In this document: piece by piece, positions 27,624-44,933 of the stretch
Layout: each line of letters starts with the position of its first letter
How positions within the stretch are numbered: the stretch's first letter is position 1
Origin: Dictyostelium discoideum
Taxonomy: Eukaryota
NCBI GenBank assembly: GCA_000004695.1
Contig: CM000152.2
Coordinates: 192,001-256,000 of the forward strand
Direction of reading: 5' to 3'
DNA: 64,000 bases
Translations under genes and position numbers: made by a program
Notes under the pieces: generated by a model
What the model was told of the DNA's origin: nothing
The model's database searches: none
The model's input: the letters and a program-made list of their open reading frames with translations, nothing else

Positions 27624-29402
27624 TTGTTTAATTTTTTAAATTTTATTATATTGTAGTTTTTTTTTTTTTTACCAAAAATAGAAATTTTTATAAAAAAATG
27701 GTTTACTATAGTATTGGATGATTTAAAAATAGAAATTGTTATAGCAATAATCAGTCAACCTAATTTTTTACAATTTTGTCAAAAACAAAACCATCAATTT
27801 TAAAAAAAATTAAAAAAATTAAAAAAAAGAAATTAATTTAAAAAAAAAAAAATAACAATTCATAGAATAAAACACCAAATTTAGTTGTTCAATTTGTTGT
27901 TTTTGTTATTGTTGTTTTTTTATCTTTTTTGTTGTTAATTTAAAAATTTCACACCATACACAATTAATGAATAACACAGGCAATTACTTTTTTTGGATAA
28001 ATTATATATTCTATATTTATACTTTTTAATATATTTTTAAAAAAAAAAAAAAAAAAAAGGAAAAAAAAAAATTGTGAATAGAAAAAAAAAAAAAAAAAAA
28101 AAAAATTATTAAATTGGTGATAAATAATAATTTTTTGTGCATAGTATTAATATATAATTGGAGAGGTAAAATTAATTATTTTTTTTGGGGTTAAAATAAA
28201 ATAATAAATTTTTATCTGTTATTCATCATTCTCATATTCAATTATTTACGCCCAAAAAGAAACCAATTATTTTTTTAATTTGTTTGGTGATTTTTTTTTT
28301 TTTTTTCAACAAATATATTTTTATTCTAAAGGTTAAAACTAACAATTTCAATAAAAAATAATTATAATAATTAGTATCTGCTTTTTTAAAGTAACAATAT
28401 CAATCAATCATACACATTAAAAAAATTAATTACTCCACCTAAAACTCACACACACCCACCCCCTTTTTTTGAAAATTTAAACCATATATATGTTTTTTTT
28501 TTTTTTTTTTTAAAAAAAATATTTTCTACCACACAATCGAATCAAAATTGCATATCTCACTATAGTGAGAGAAGTAGACGGTGTGTTTGTGTGTTTTTTG
28601 TTTTTGTTTTTTGTGTGTTTTTGTTTTTTGTGTGTTTTGATTTTTTTTTTTTTTTTTTTTTTTTGGGTGTGAATGTGGTATTTATTGTTGTGAATTAAAA
28701 CTTTTATTATGATAAATAATAACAAGAATAGTATGGGTTTGAATTTTTTTTTCTATTTTTAAAAAAAAATAAAATAAAATAATAATAATAATAATAAAAA
28801 AATAAAATTAAAAAAAAAATAAAAAGTATTAGTTTTTTTTTTTTTTTTTTTTTTTATTATTTTATTTTTTTAATTTTATTTCTTTTAAAAGATAATTTAT
28901 ATTTTTATAAAAAAAACCAAAAAAAAAAAAAAATAAAAAATAAGGCAAAAATAATTATTTAAACCATTAAAGCTTGAAAATGGCTACCATTGTTTGTGTA
29001 TGTGTTAATATTAAAATTTAAAATCTAGATAAAAATTCTATAAATAATAAAAATAATAATAATAATAAAAATGTTTAAAAAAAAAAATAATAAAAAAAAT
29101 TATAAAAAAAAAAAAATACCAAAAAAAACAATAATTTTAAAAATAATAAAAATAATAATGATAAAAAAAAACAATTATAAATGTAACATGTGGTGTCATT
29201 ATTATTTGTGTGTGTTAGGAGTGTGTGAACACAACCTATAAGGATTTTGATAATTAATTTTTTTTATATTTTTGTTTTTATATGTTGAATTGTTTTTTTT
29301 TGTGTATTTTTATTATTATTTTTATTATTATTATTATTTTTGTTTTTTTTTTTTAATAATTAATTTTACTTTCCTATTTAATTTTATTTTTTTTATTCTT
29401 TT

Positions 29403-29455
<53 letters not shown>

Positions 29456-29611
29456 TTAAAAATTTATAAAAAGAATAAAAATAATAATACAAATTTTAAA
29501 TATATATATTTATATAAAAAGTATATATATTAATTAATTAATTAATTAACTTTTATTATTATTTTTTTTATTTTTATTTTTTTTTTAAAATTAATTAATA
29601 TTTAGAAAAAA

Positions 29612-31434
29612 ATGGTTAGAAAGTTATTTAATACATCACATAAAAAAGAATTAATATTAGATGTTGATACGACCATTGTAAAAATTGGAACACCAAAGAA
29701 TGTTGTATTATTAACAAAATGGTTAGATGCAAATGGAGCAATTAAAGAAGAAGGTGTATTTAGAGTAAATGGTAATACAACAACAATGGAACAAATTAAA
29801 AAGAATTTTAGTCAAGGAAAAGATGATTTAACTAAATACACTTCTGCTGATATTCATTCAATGGCTGGTTGTTTAAAATTCATTTTAAGAGAATTACCAG
29901 AACCAATATTCACTTGGGATTTTTATCCAATATTTATAAAAATACAATGTAAATATATGAATATATATTTAAAAATTATTTTAAAATTGAAAAAAAAAAA
30001 ATATTAATATTTATTTATTATTTATTTAATAGGTTTACAAGATGAATCAAGGAAATTATTTTTTTTAAAAATGTTAATTCACGGTTTACCATATACAAGT
30101 AGAACATTAGTATTTCAATTGTTTGGATTTTTAAGTAAATTTTCAGTACATCAAGATCAAAATAAAATGACTCCAAAAAATTTAGCAACAGTTTTTGCAC
30201 CAAATGTATTAAGACCTAAAAAAGAGGAAGATAATTTTCAATTAATGAATAATCAAGATTCAATCGGTGTTATTGAAACTTTAATAGAAGAATTTCAATA
30301 TATTTCAAATGTAAATAAATTTATATTTATTTTAATTTATTTTAATTTTATTTATTAACCTTTTTTTTTTTTTTTTTTTTTTAGATTCAAAAGAATACAT
30401 TAAATTCACAAGAAATTAAAGTTAAATCAGTATTACCATTTGATGAGACTACAAATGCAATTACTCAACAAAGTTTAGTTGAAGATTATTTAATTGCTAA
30501 AGCAAATACACCACAGGAATCATCAAGTTTTAAAAAGAATTTACCATTTAAAAAAGGTGATATTATAAAGTTATTGTATATTAAAAATGATGGTAATTTC
30601 ATTGGAGAAATTAATGGTATTACAGGTAACTTATCACAAACCTATGTTGATATAATCGATATTTCTGAACTTGCAGAAGCTTTTACATTAACTCCACCAC
30701 CAATTCCAACTTTACCAATTGCTTCAACCATATTACATACACCACCTACATCATCATCATCTTCATCTTCATCATCATCTTCTTCTATATTATTAACCGA
30801 TAACCAACCAAAATTATGTTCTTCAACACCTAGAATTAATAATTCTCCAAGTAGTTTCTCACCATCACTATCATCAACAACACCACAATTATTAGTACAA
30901 CAATCACCTAGACAATCACCTAGACAAATTCCATCTATTAGCTTAATAGTTGAACCAAATAATACTAATCAACCATCATTTGGCCATGGCACATTACAAA
31001 GAACAAGTACTGGTTACTTTAGTTCCAAACCATTATCGATTTCACAACCTATTAATATGTCAAAACCAACTAATATGTCACCACCAACTCATCATGCTAT
31101 GTCAATGCATAATTTACCACCATCAAACACAACTAGGGAAAATCATTTACCACCATTACCAACTAAACCTCCACCCTTAACAATACCTTCTTCAAGTAGT
31201 CTTCCAACTACTCCAATAAAACAACAACCACAACAACCAATACAACAACCATTAACACCACAGAACCATCATCACCATCATCATCACAATAATTTATCAT
31301 CATCTGTTAATACTGCTAATACTGGTAATTGTGCAAATATACTTTCACCAAATAGTGATAGATATTTATCAAGTCGTAGTCAATCAAGTGTACATTTATC
31401 AGGTTCATCTTCATCCTCCTCTTCCTCATCTTCC

Positions 31435-31466
<32 letters not shown>

Positions 31467-32223
31467 GACATCAAACAGAAAATTTGATTTTTCATTAAAA
31501 TCAAAGAGTTCAAAAAATTCACCTTCTAAAAATTTACCTCCACAACCAACTACTACCTCAACATTAACACCTCCACCACCACCAACTATTACAACCACTA
31601 CTACCACTACCACTACTACCACTACTACCACAATTGCAACAACACCACCTCCACCATCAAAACCATTACCAAATATTCCTGTAAAAGATCAACAATTTAA
31701 TACATTAAAAAGATCAACAATTGAAATTCCACCACCAACAATAACATCAACCAATATTAATAACAATAATAATACTATTAATCCAAGAACATTAAATTAT
31801 AGTTTTTCATCATTTTCAATTACTTATAATAATAGTCAATTAGGTGGACAATTATCACAAGAAGAACCTCCAGGTGGAGTCAAATCACAATCTTCTTACT
31901 TGGATAATAATAATTTACCATCCAGAAATACAAATATTCCAAATTTACCACCAAGACCTCCACCTTTAAATATTCCACAACAACAACAACAATATAAACC
32001 ATTACCATCACCACCACAATTACAATCACCACAATCATCTTTAAATCAATCTTTACAAATTCCATTACAACAACAACAACAAGTACAACAACAAAAGTTG
32101 ACTACACATTATATATTACCACCTCAAAATACAAATTTAAGTGGAAAAAATCTTCAAAGATCATCAACATCAATGTTACTTAATAAATTACCACCACCAC
32201 CATTTAGTTTTAATAAAAATTAA
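29612..32223 (+). CDS. RhoGAP-domain protein with an SH3 domain and a long S/T/P/Q-rich tail; about 818 aa. Exons are 29612..29948, 30033..30310 and 30385..32223.
   Basis: The RhoGAP domain spans exons 1 and 2 (GVFRVNGNTTTMEQIKKNF...DIHSMAGCLKFILRELPEPIFTWDFYPIFIKIQ|C|LQDESRKLFFLKMLIHGLPYTSRTLVFQLFGFLSKFSVHQDQNKMTPKNLATVFAPNVL). Junctions close through a phase-1 GTAAAT...AATAG intron and a phase-0 GTAAAT...TTTAG intron. The SH3-like segment is KGDIIKLLYIKNDGNFIGEINGITGNLSQTYVDII. The C-terminal tail has poly-Ser, poly-Thr and Pro-rich repeats. Confidence 0.85.
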
Positions 32224-32729
32224 AATATACATTTATATATATATAAAATTAATTCATATAAAAAAATTACTAAAAAAAAAAAAAAAAAAAATTACAAGCG
32301 AATAAAATAGTTGGTAACTTACCAATACATCTTTTTTTAAATATATTATTATTTTCATTATTATTATCATTATTTTTATTTTTATTTTTAACGTATTTGA
32401 TTTCTTAAATTAGTTGTTATCATCATTCCAATCATGTTTACAAATCTGTGTGTGTGTGTGTATGTGTGTGAATTTTGATCAATCATGAAAATAAGAAATA
32501 AATAAAAAATAAATAAATAAAAAAATAACTGACATATATATATATTCGTATATGAATATAATTTAGATATTTTTTACTTTTCAAAAATAATTAATATTAA
32601 TATTACTGGATTTTATTATTTTATTATTTTCATCCAATCACTGCCCGAGATTATTAGATTTTTATTTTGATTTATAATAATGTGTTTTTTTTAATTTTTT
32701 TTTTTTTAAATCAAATTCTTATAAAAATA

Positions 32730-32760
<31 letters not shown>

Positions 32761-32998
32761 TTGATTTCTCCACAGAATCTCATCAATTTTGTGTAAAACA
32801 ACACAGTTTTTTTGGCAATTTAATTTTTTTTTATTTTTATTTTTATTTTTTTTTTTATTTTTGTTTTTTTTTTATTTTTTATTTTTTTAAAAAAAAAACA
32901 CAAAAGGTTTTGGACAAACTGATAACCAAGTGAAAAAATAATAATTTTATTTTTAAAAAATCGACACCACAATATATAATTAATGTATTACATCATTA

Positions 32999-33460
32999 AT
33001 GATGGAAAATAATAATAATAATAATAGTGGCTCTAAAAATAGTGATGGTTCTTCTTTTTCCACTATAAATAACAATAATAATAATAATAATAATAATAAT
33101 AGTAATACTACTAATAGTAATAATAATAATAATTCTAATAATAATCATCCCAATTATTATAATGGCCCTCCAAATTATGGCAGCACAAATAACAGTTTTG
33201 ATGATTACGATAAAATATCTCAGTCAAATCACTTAAACAACAACAATAATAATATACATTCCAATAATAATAATAATAATAACAATAGCAATAGTAATAG
33301 TAATAATAATAACAATAGTAATAATAATGGTAATAATAATAATGGTAATAATAATAATGGTAATAATAATAATGGCAATAATAATAATAATGGCAATAAT
33401 AATAATGGCAATAATAATAATAATGGAAATAATAATGGTAATAATAATAATGGCCATGTA

Positions 33461-33546
<86 letters not shown>

Positions 33547-33559
33547 TAACAATAATAAT

Positions 33560-33618
<59 letters not shown>

Positions 33619-35095
33619 TCCAAGTTTTTTTAATCCAAATGATATTGGTTTATCCAATTCAAATATATCACCACCGATACCATCAAATATGAATGATCAT
33701 TTAAATAATGGCTCAAATGTACAGCAATCTTTAACCGAGCAATTAATTCAACCACCATTAAATACACTTTCATCTGCTACCTCTTCTCCAAAACTTTATA
33801 ATCATTTCCCTCATTCTTTACCACCAAATCAACAACAACAGCAACAGCAACAAACACCACCAACACCTCAACAACAACAGTCATTACTATCACCACCACC
33901 ACTGCCACCACCACCACCATCATCATCCAATTCTCATCCAACACCAAATTCATTAACAAGTTCAAATACCACCACCACTACTACTGCAATAGCAAATGGT
34001 AACAAAATGTCAGTTGCAGAATTTACTTCAAATCAAAATTTAACAATTCAATTACATTTATATCATCAACAATTGGAACAACAACATCAAAGAATGGCAT
34101 TTCTGGAACAACTAATTCAACAACAACAAATTGCATTAAATATAATATGTCCACACCTTTTTCAAGTTAATATGTATCAATTGATTCAGAATGATTTACA
34201 AAATCATATGACTTTACAACAACATCAACAATATTCACAACATCAACAACATTTACAACAACAACATAGTCATATGAATTTACAACAACAACAACAACAT
34301 CCACAACATCCACAACATCAACAACATCAACAACATCAACAACATCATCATCAACAGCATCAACAACAGCCTCCACATCCAAACTCACACCCACAACATC
34401 CAAATCAAAATCCACACCAAAATCCACAAATCCATCATTCACCAGCATATCACCTACAACAACAGCAACAGCAACAACAACAGCAACAACAACAACAACA
34501 CCATCACCACCACCAACAACACCAAAATACTCACCCTCAAAATCCACAGCATTCTCAACTTCAACATCAAAATATTCCACATCAACAACTACAACTACAA
34601 CAACACCACCAACAACACCACCAACAACAACACCAACAACACCAACAACAACACCAACAACAACAACAACAACCAACACCACATCATATATTTTTACAAA
34701 TGCAACAAATACAACAACAACAGCAACAACAAAATCATCAACATCCAAATCAAATGGTACATCATCAGCAAATGCCAAATAATATGAATTCAATGTCAAT
34801 GAATCATCAATCACCTCAAAACATACATGATCATCAACAACAACAATTAAAATTTGATGACAAAGAAAGAAACCTTTTATCAAATTCATCATCATCAAAG
34901 GTAAATACTGAACAACTTGAATCACCACCTTCATCATCATCATCATCAACAACAACCACAACAACAACCACAACACCATCATCTCACAAAGTTAGAAAAA
35001 CTATATCCAAACCTGATTCAAAACCTAGTAGTGAATTGGATCAAGAAACTGGAAAGAAAAAAAAATCCTCAAAAACTAAAAAAGTGACAAAATAA
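32999..35095 (+). CDS. Low-complexity N/Q/H-rich protein (698 aa) with a basic C-terminal tail.
   Basis: A single long ORF. The N-terminal third is poly-Asn or (NNNG)n from (AAT)n/(AATGGT)n. The middle is Q/H-rich (HQQHQQ repeats). The C-terminus is charged and non-repetitive (KFDDKERNLLSNSSSSKVNTEQLESPP...HKVRKTISKPDSKPSSELDQETGKKKKSSKTKKVTK). No recognisable domain. Confidence 0.5.
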
Positions 35096-35262
35096 ATCAA
35101 TCACCACACAACTAAAAAAACAAATCAATGTCTATAAAATAAAAGAGAAAAGGGAGAGAGGGAAGAAAAAAAAAAAAAAAAAAAAAAAAAAAACATATTT
35201 AAATATATATTTATAATATCATAATAATTAAGTTATTTAAACTAAATAAACGAATTACTAAC

Positions 35263-35295
<33 letters not shown>

Positions 35296-35596
35296 AAAAC
35301 ATAATATATACCATTTAAATTTCTAGCTTTTTAACTTCTGAAGTCCATAAAAATAATGAGAGAGAACCTGGAAATAATTTTTAATTTTTTTTTTTATATT
35401 TGATTTAAAAAGAATAGTAAACTTTTAAAAGGTAAAAAGAATAAAAAAATAAATTATAAACAAAATAAAATAAAATAAAATAAAAAATAAATTAATATAT
35501 TTATAACTTTTTTTTTTTTTTTTTTTAATTTATTAATTTTTTTAAAAACTAATTATCTGATATATATTCTAATTTTTTTATTATTTATTTATTATT

Positions 35597-36549
35597 TTAA
35601 TTTTCAGAACCATTAAATGCTTTAATATATTGACATGATTGTTTTTGATTTGGGTTTAATGAAGAAATTTCATCAGATTCAATGGCATCTTGATTATTTC
35701 TTGGATTATCTCTATTTAAATTCCACATAGAGATGAATCCTAAATTTTTCTCTTTTGAGAAATTTGAAATGACTTTAACATTTTCAAAAGATAATATTGA
35801 AGTATCAGGATTTTTACCAATCATTGGAGTAATTGCAATTCTTTGATATAATTGGTCATCATTTAGAGATGTATATAAAGAATTTAATTGATCTTTTAGA
35901 TTTTTAATAACACTAATAATATCTTTATCCATATTATTCTTCCAATCATCATTATAAAATCCCATTGTAATTAAATTAATAATTAAATTATTTTTATTAT
36001 TGTTATTATTATTAAGTAATTGATTTTCTTTAACTTTTGAAATTATTGACATACCAGTTGGATTTAAACCATGAGTTGATGCTGGTAATGTTATACTAAT
36101 TATTAATTGTGGATATTTTTCAATTACTTTTTTTAATGCTTTTAATATGAAATCAACATTATTTAAACTACCCATTAAACAAATATCCAAATGATCAATT
36201 TCATACATTTCAATTGCTTCAATATAAATTTTTTCCAATTGTTCAATTGAGAATTTACTTGAAACATCTTGAGTTGATTCATTAATTCCACCAAATGAGA
36301 TACCAACTCTTTTACCAGAATCTTTAAGTACTTTTGATAATGGTAGTGCCCAATTCATTGGAATTTGATCATGACCACTCCAACATGCATTTCCATTTGA
36401 TGATAATGTTAATCCACTTAAAATAACACCTTTTAAACCATTTTCAAAAATTTGTTTTGTATAAATTGAATTTGGTCTACCATGTTCTTTAAATTTTTTA
36501 TCTATAAAATTTTAAAACATAATATTTTAATTAATAAAAATAATTTCCA

Positions 36550-36582
<33 letters not shown>

Positions 36583-36670
36583 TAAATATAAAATAACTAT
36601 TATTAATACAAATACCATCACTCCATTCTACATTTACTGCAACATTAATAAATGGATAAAATCCTGACAT
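35597..36670 (-). CDS. Glycoside hydrolase family 18 class-III (hevamine/narbonin-like) protein of about 320 aa. Exon 1 is 36616..36670, the intron is 36502..36615, and exon 2 is 35597..36501.
   Basis: Collinear with class III chitinases: VGISFGG (cf LSLGGG), EIDHLDICLMG at the position of the DGIDFDIE catalytic motif, LIISITLPAS (cf YLTAAPQCP), and GFISMWNLNRD (cf GGVMLWS). Exon 1 (MSGFYPFINVAVNVEWSD) joins in phase 1 through GTATTTG...TTATAG to DKKFKEHGRPNSIYTKQIF... Confidence 0.55.
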
Positions 36671-37026
36671 TATTTATTAATTATTATTTAATATAAATAT
36701 TAAATATAATGAAAAAAAAAAAAAAAAAAAAAAAGATAACGGACATAATTTTTAAATAATAATAATAATTAAAACCAATTTGAAAAAAAAAAGTTTAGAT
36801 CCACCAAATTGGTAAAAAAAAAAAAAAAAAAAAAAAAATTGATCTTTTGTTTTGAAACAATTGTAAAAGAGGAAATATAAAATTGAGAACACACAAAATA
36901 TTTTATTGTTTTTTTTTCTTTTTTTTTTTTTTTTTTTTTAAAAATCTTTTTTTTCAAACCCACTTCCTAAATGGGATTGATAACTAATATTATAAATATA
37001 TTTTTTTTTTTTTTTTTTTTTTTTTA

Positions 37027-40659
<3,633 letters not shown>

Positions 40660-41453
40660 CTTTTATTTGTTTAAAATTAATTAATTATTTATTTTTTATA
40701 AAAAACTAAAATGAATTTATAAAAAAACAATGAACAAAATAAAAAAAATAAATAAAAAATAAAAAAATATATTTTATAATTTTTATTAAAAAAAAAAAAA
40801 TAAAAATAAAAAAAAAAAATATAATAAAAAAAAAAAAATAAAAAAAAGGCGGGAAATTTCTGGAAATAAATTATGACAAAAAAAAAAAAAAAAAAAAAAC
40901 AGAATAAAGTAAAATAAACCCTCTTCCATCTTAAAACAATATTAAAATATCCCTTGAAAAATAAATTAAATAAATACCTAAAAAAAAATAAAAATAAAAA
41001 TAAAAATAATAAAAACTAGTAATAATTTTATTTCTGTTTTAAAAAATATTATCCTAAATAATAAATCTATGGATTGTTTTTTTATTTTTTTATTTTTTTT
41101 TTTTTTTGGTAAAAGAGAAAGAGATAATTTAATTCTACAAAAATATAATTTTTTTTTTTTTTTTACTTATTGGTCACATAAACTACTTCCAAAATAATTT
41201 TTTGTTCTTTTTTTTAATAACAAATTTTTATTTTTTAATCCAAAAAAAAAGAACAAAAAACTATCAGGGAAATGGTTTTGGATTGTTAAATAAAAAAAAA
41301 AAAAATAATAATAAAAAAATTCTTGTATAAAATTTTATTAACTAATATGCATATCTATCTCTCGACCGCTAACCTTTTTGGGTTCAAAAAAATAAAAAAA
41401 AAAATAAAAATAAAAATAAAAAAATAAAAAAACCAAAACCAAAAATAAAATAA

Positions 41454-41484
<31 letters not shown>

Positions 41485-41702
41485 TAAAAAAAAAATAAAA
41501 AAAAAAAAGTTTTCTTTAAAATTGCAAGAGTGGTGATATTATTATTTTTTATTAAAAAAAAAAAAAGTAAAAAAAATAGTAAAAACAAAGAATAAAAAAG
41601 ATAGTTATAATTACAAAAATTAAAAAAAAAAAAAAAAAAAAAGAAACACGCAAATCCTATATAGATAATATAAAAATATATACAAAAAAATAAAAGTATA
41701 AA

Positions 41703-42872
41703 ATGAGTCAACAAACAACAGACTCACCATTATCTCCAAATGAATTATCACAATCTACCAATATTAATAAAAGTATAGAGCAAAACTCACCAAATTATAG
41801 ACTTTTATTCGAATAGTATGTATACTATTCTCTCATTAAATTTTAAATTATGATGAAACAGTTTGGTGTTTCATCATAACACATAATAATAATAATAAAA
41901 ATAAAAAAAGGTACTAATTTCTTTCCTCAAAAATAAACTATTAACACAATTCTAGTAAAAAACTTTCAGATTTAATGATTAGAGGACTATATGTCATACC
42001 CTCATTCAATTCAATTCATGGTAATAATTAAACAAAACAATACTAATAAAAATAATAATAATAAATAAAACTAATATAAATATATTTTTAAATAGAATGG
42101 CATTGTGTATTATTTATTAGAAATAGAATATATAGATCAGCAATTATTAGATTTAATGTAGTTATACCTGACGAGTAAAATATCCACTATATTATATTAA
42201 AAAAAAAAAAAAAAAAAAATTATTGAGAGAATAATAATTAATTAACATACCCCCTCACCCCCCTCACACCAAAAAAAAAAATTTCATTTTAGTTTTCCAG
42301 AATCATGCCCATCTATTAAATTTTTAACACCAATATTTCATCCATTAATTGGGCCAGAAGGAGAAATTGATTTATCACATCAATTCCCTGACTGGTCAGC
42401 AGAAAAGTATATGATTGCACATGTGTTGTGTTATATTAAAAGTATTTTCCATAATCCTGATAAATATGATTTCCCACCTCTAAATACCGATGCCCATAAT
42501 TTGTAAGTAATAGTATTATTTTCACTTTTATTTTACCATTCCTTAAACTTGTTGTAACTAATTAACACTTTAAAACCTCAATAAAAAAAATACAATAAAC
42601 AAATAATAATAATAATAATAATAATATATATAATTAAAAGAATGAAAAATAATCCAGACTCATTCCAAAAAAGAGTTTCTGAATATGTAGAAGATTCTAT
42701 TAAAAATGTTTATGATAATCCCCAAGATAATGCAATTTGTTTTTCAAAGGAATGGAAAGATAAAAATCAATTAGAAAATGCAAAAAAACAAATTTTCAAA
42801 AAAGATGTTGGTTTAATAGATCAATTGTCTGAACTGTATTCAAAATCAAAATTAAAAGACTTATTTAAATAA
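41703..42872 (+). CDS. UBC-fold E2 variant lacking the catalytic Cys (AKTIP/FTS-like) of about 257 aa in five exons: 41703..41815, 41956..42020, 42096..42174, 42293..42502 and 42641..42872.
   Basis: The spliced product contains ...RLLFEYKKLSDLMIRGLYVIPSFNSIHGEWHCVLFIRNRIYRSAIIRFNVVIPDDFPESCPSIKFLTPIFHPLIGPEGEIDLSHQFPDW... This is the UBC core (FP..PP.i.F.T.ifHPNi) with HPL in place of HPN and no Cys at the active-site position. All four introns (GTATGT/GTAATA/GTAAAA/GTAAGT donors) close in phase (2,1,2,2). Confidence 0.65.
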
Positions 42873-43157
42873 AAAAAAAAAAAAAAAAAAAACAAAATAA
42901 TATAATATAATAAAAAAAAATAAAAAAAAGAAAAAAAAAAAATATAAAAAAATTAAAAATAGAAAAAAACTTTTAAAGTTTTTTTTTTTTTAGAAAAATT
43001 TATTATATTTAATTTTATTTTTAGATTTAAAGAGAGAGAATGAAAAAATTTGATAATTAGGCATGGATAAAGTTTTTTTTTTTTTTTTTTTTTTTTTTTT
43101 CTGTTTTTTTTGTTAGGAGTTTTTCTGTTTTTTTTTTTATTATTTATGGCATTCGTT

Positions 43158-43203
<46 letters not shown>

Positions 43204-43234
43204 CAAAAGGAATATTATTATTATTATTAATTAT

Positions 43235-44563
43235 TTATTCAAATCTTTGTTTTTTCGATTTATTTGGAACTGATTTTTTCCATTGCTTAACATTAACATT
43301 AATGAGTGATTGGAGTACAACTTCATTTGTGAGTGGATTTGTAAGGGTAAAGTGAAAGTAGAGTGGGATATGAGAGTTATGACCACTGCAACACATTGGC
43401 TTTAAGGAGAGAGTGAAACCACCATCTTTGACACGAGTTAATATGTTATTTTTGACCAAAAGAACTTTACCTTTTGCATGTGGATTAGCGGAAAAGTAAG
43501 ATTTGGTTTGATAATATTCGGTACAGATTTTACAGTTGTAAATTGGATTTAAATGTCCATCGTAGACATTGCCATCCAAAATCAAAGCTTTCTCATTGAC
43601 ATCTGGTTGTTGTTTGAATCTCTTTGCATTACCACTGTAACCGAGTGAAGGATGAATGTAGATACGATAGGATTCATATTTACTCATGGCTTGTGGATTA
43701 TTGAATGCGAGGAAACGTTGAGAATCAAAGATACCGGTTTTATCATCGATTTGTGTGATTGGTAATGAAGTGTCTGGGAATGATGGTAATTTGAATTGGA
43801 TTGGTTGGTAGTAGTTTCTATGCATTGGTTCGAGGAGATTCCAACATGCCTTGTGTCTGCCTGGTTCACCGGCCAAGTATGGTTCAAAGAAAACGACATT
43901 GGAACGAACGGAAATTGGTGGATTAATTTCATTTTGTTTTTGTAAACTTGATGGATCTAAACCACTCTCCCAATGTTGAGCACCCATTGGACTTTCTGGT
44001 AAACAAATTGGTGATGATGGTGACATTTGATTATGTGAATCTGGTGATGATAAATCTAAGAATGCTGAATTTACAATTTGTGTATTATTACCATTTCCAT
44101 TTTGTTGATGTTGTTGATGTTGATGATGATGTTGTTGTTGTTGTTGTTGTTGTAAATGATGATGACCTTCCATTTTTAAACTAGGATGACTAATAACTAA
44201 ACTTGCTTGATTACCAATTGGCATGTTGTTATTATTATTATTAGCACCTCTACCTTTCTTTTGATTAATGTTACATGGTTTGCCAATATTAAATTGTTGT
44301 TGTAATTGTTGTTGTTGTAATTGTTGTTGTTGTTGTTGGTGTTGTTGTAATTGTTGTTGTTGTTGTAGTTGTTGTTGTTGTTGTTGTTGATTTGAATTTT
44401 GGAGTTGGTTTTGGAATTGTAAAAAGTTGTGGAAGTTTAAGTTACCATTGTTATTATTGTTGTTGTTATTATTATTATGGTTGTTATTGTTAACAAATCC
44501 TCCATTAAACATACCACCATTGTTGCCGTTGTTGTTGTTGCTGTTGTTGTTGTTATTATTACT

Positions 44564-44629
<66 letters not shown>

Positions 44630-44893
44630 GTTCATGATTGAGTTGTAGTCAATGTTAGAGCCATTGAACATGAAATCAGAGAAACCACTGGCATTATTGT
44701 TTCCATTGTTGCTATTGCTATTACCATTGTTGTTATTATTATTTTGTGGCCAAGCTTGTGGTGGTAAAATAGAAGAACTTGAATTACCTTTCATTGGAGC
44801 AGAGAGAACAACACCATAATTTGGAACATAGTAGGATGGAACAGAGTAAATCAATGGTGATGAGTTTTGGTTCGATGATAATTGTTGTTGTTG

Positions 44894-44933
<40 letters not shown>

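Noticed and set aside
33229-33657. Antisense or alternative-frame ORFs inside real genes (33229..33657 poly-L, 34167..34982 V/D-rich, 38211..38408, 44427..44648, 44851..45282, 31380..31631, 60719..61183).
   Set aside because: These are mirror-frame readings of the coding (AAT)n/(CAA)n/(TCA)n tracts of the sense-strand genes.
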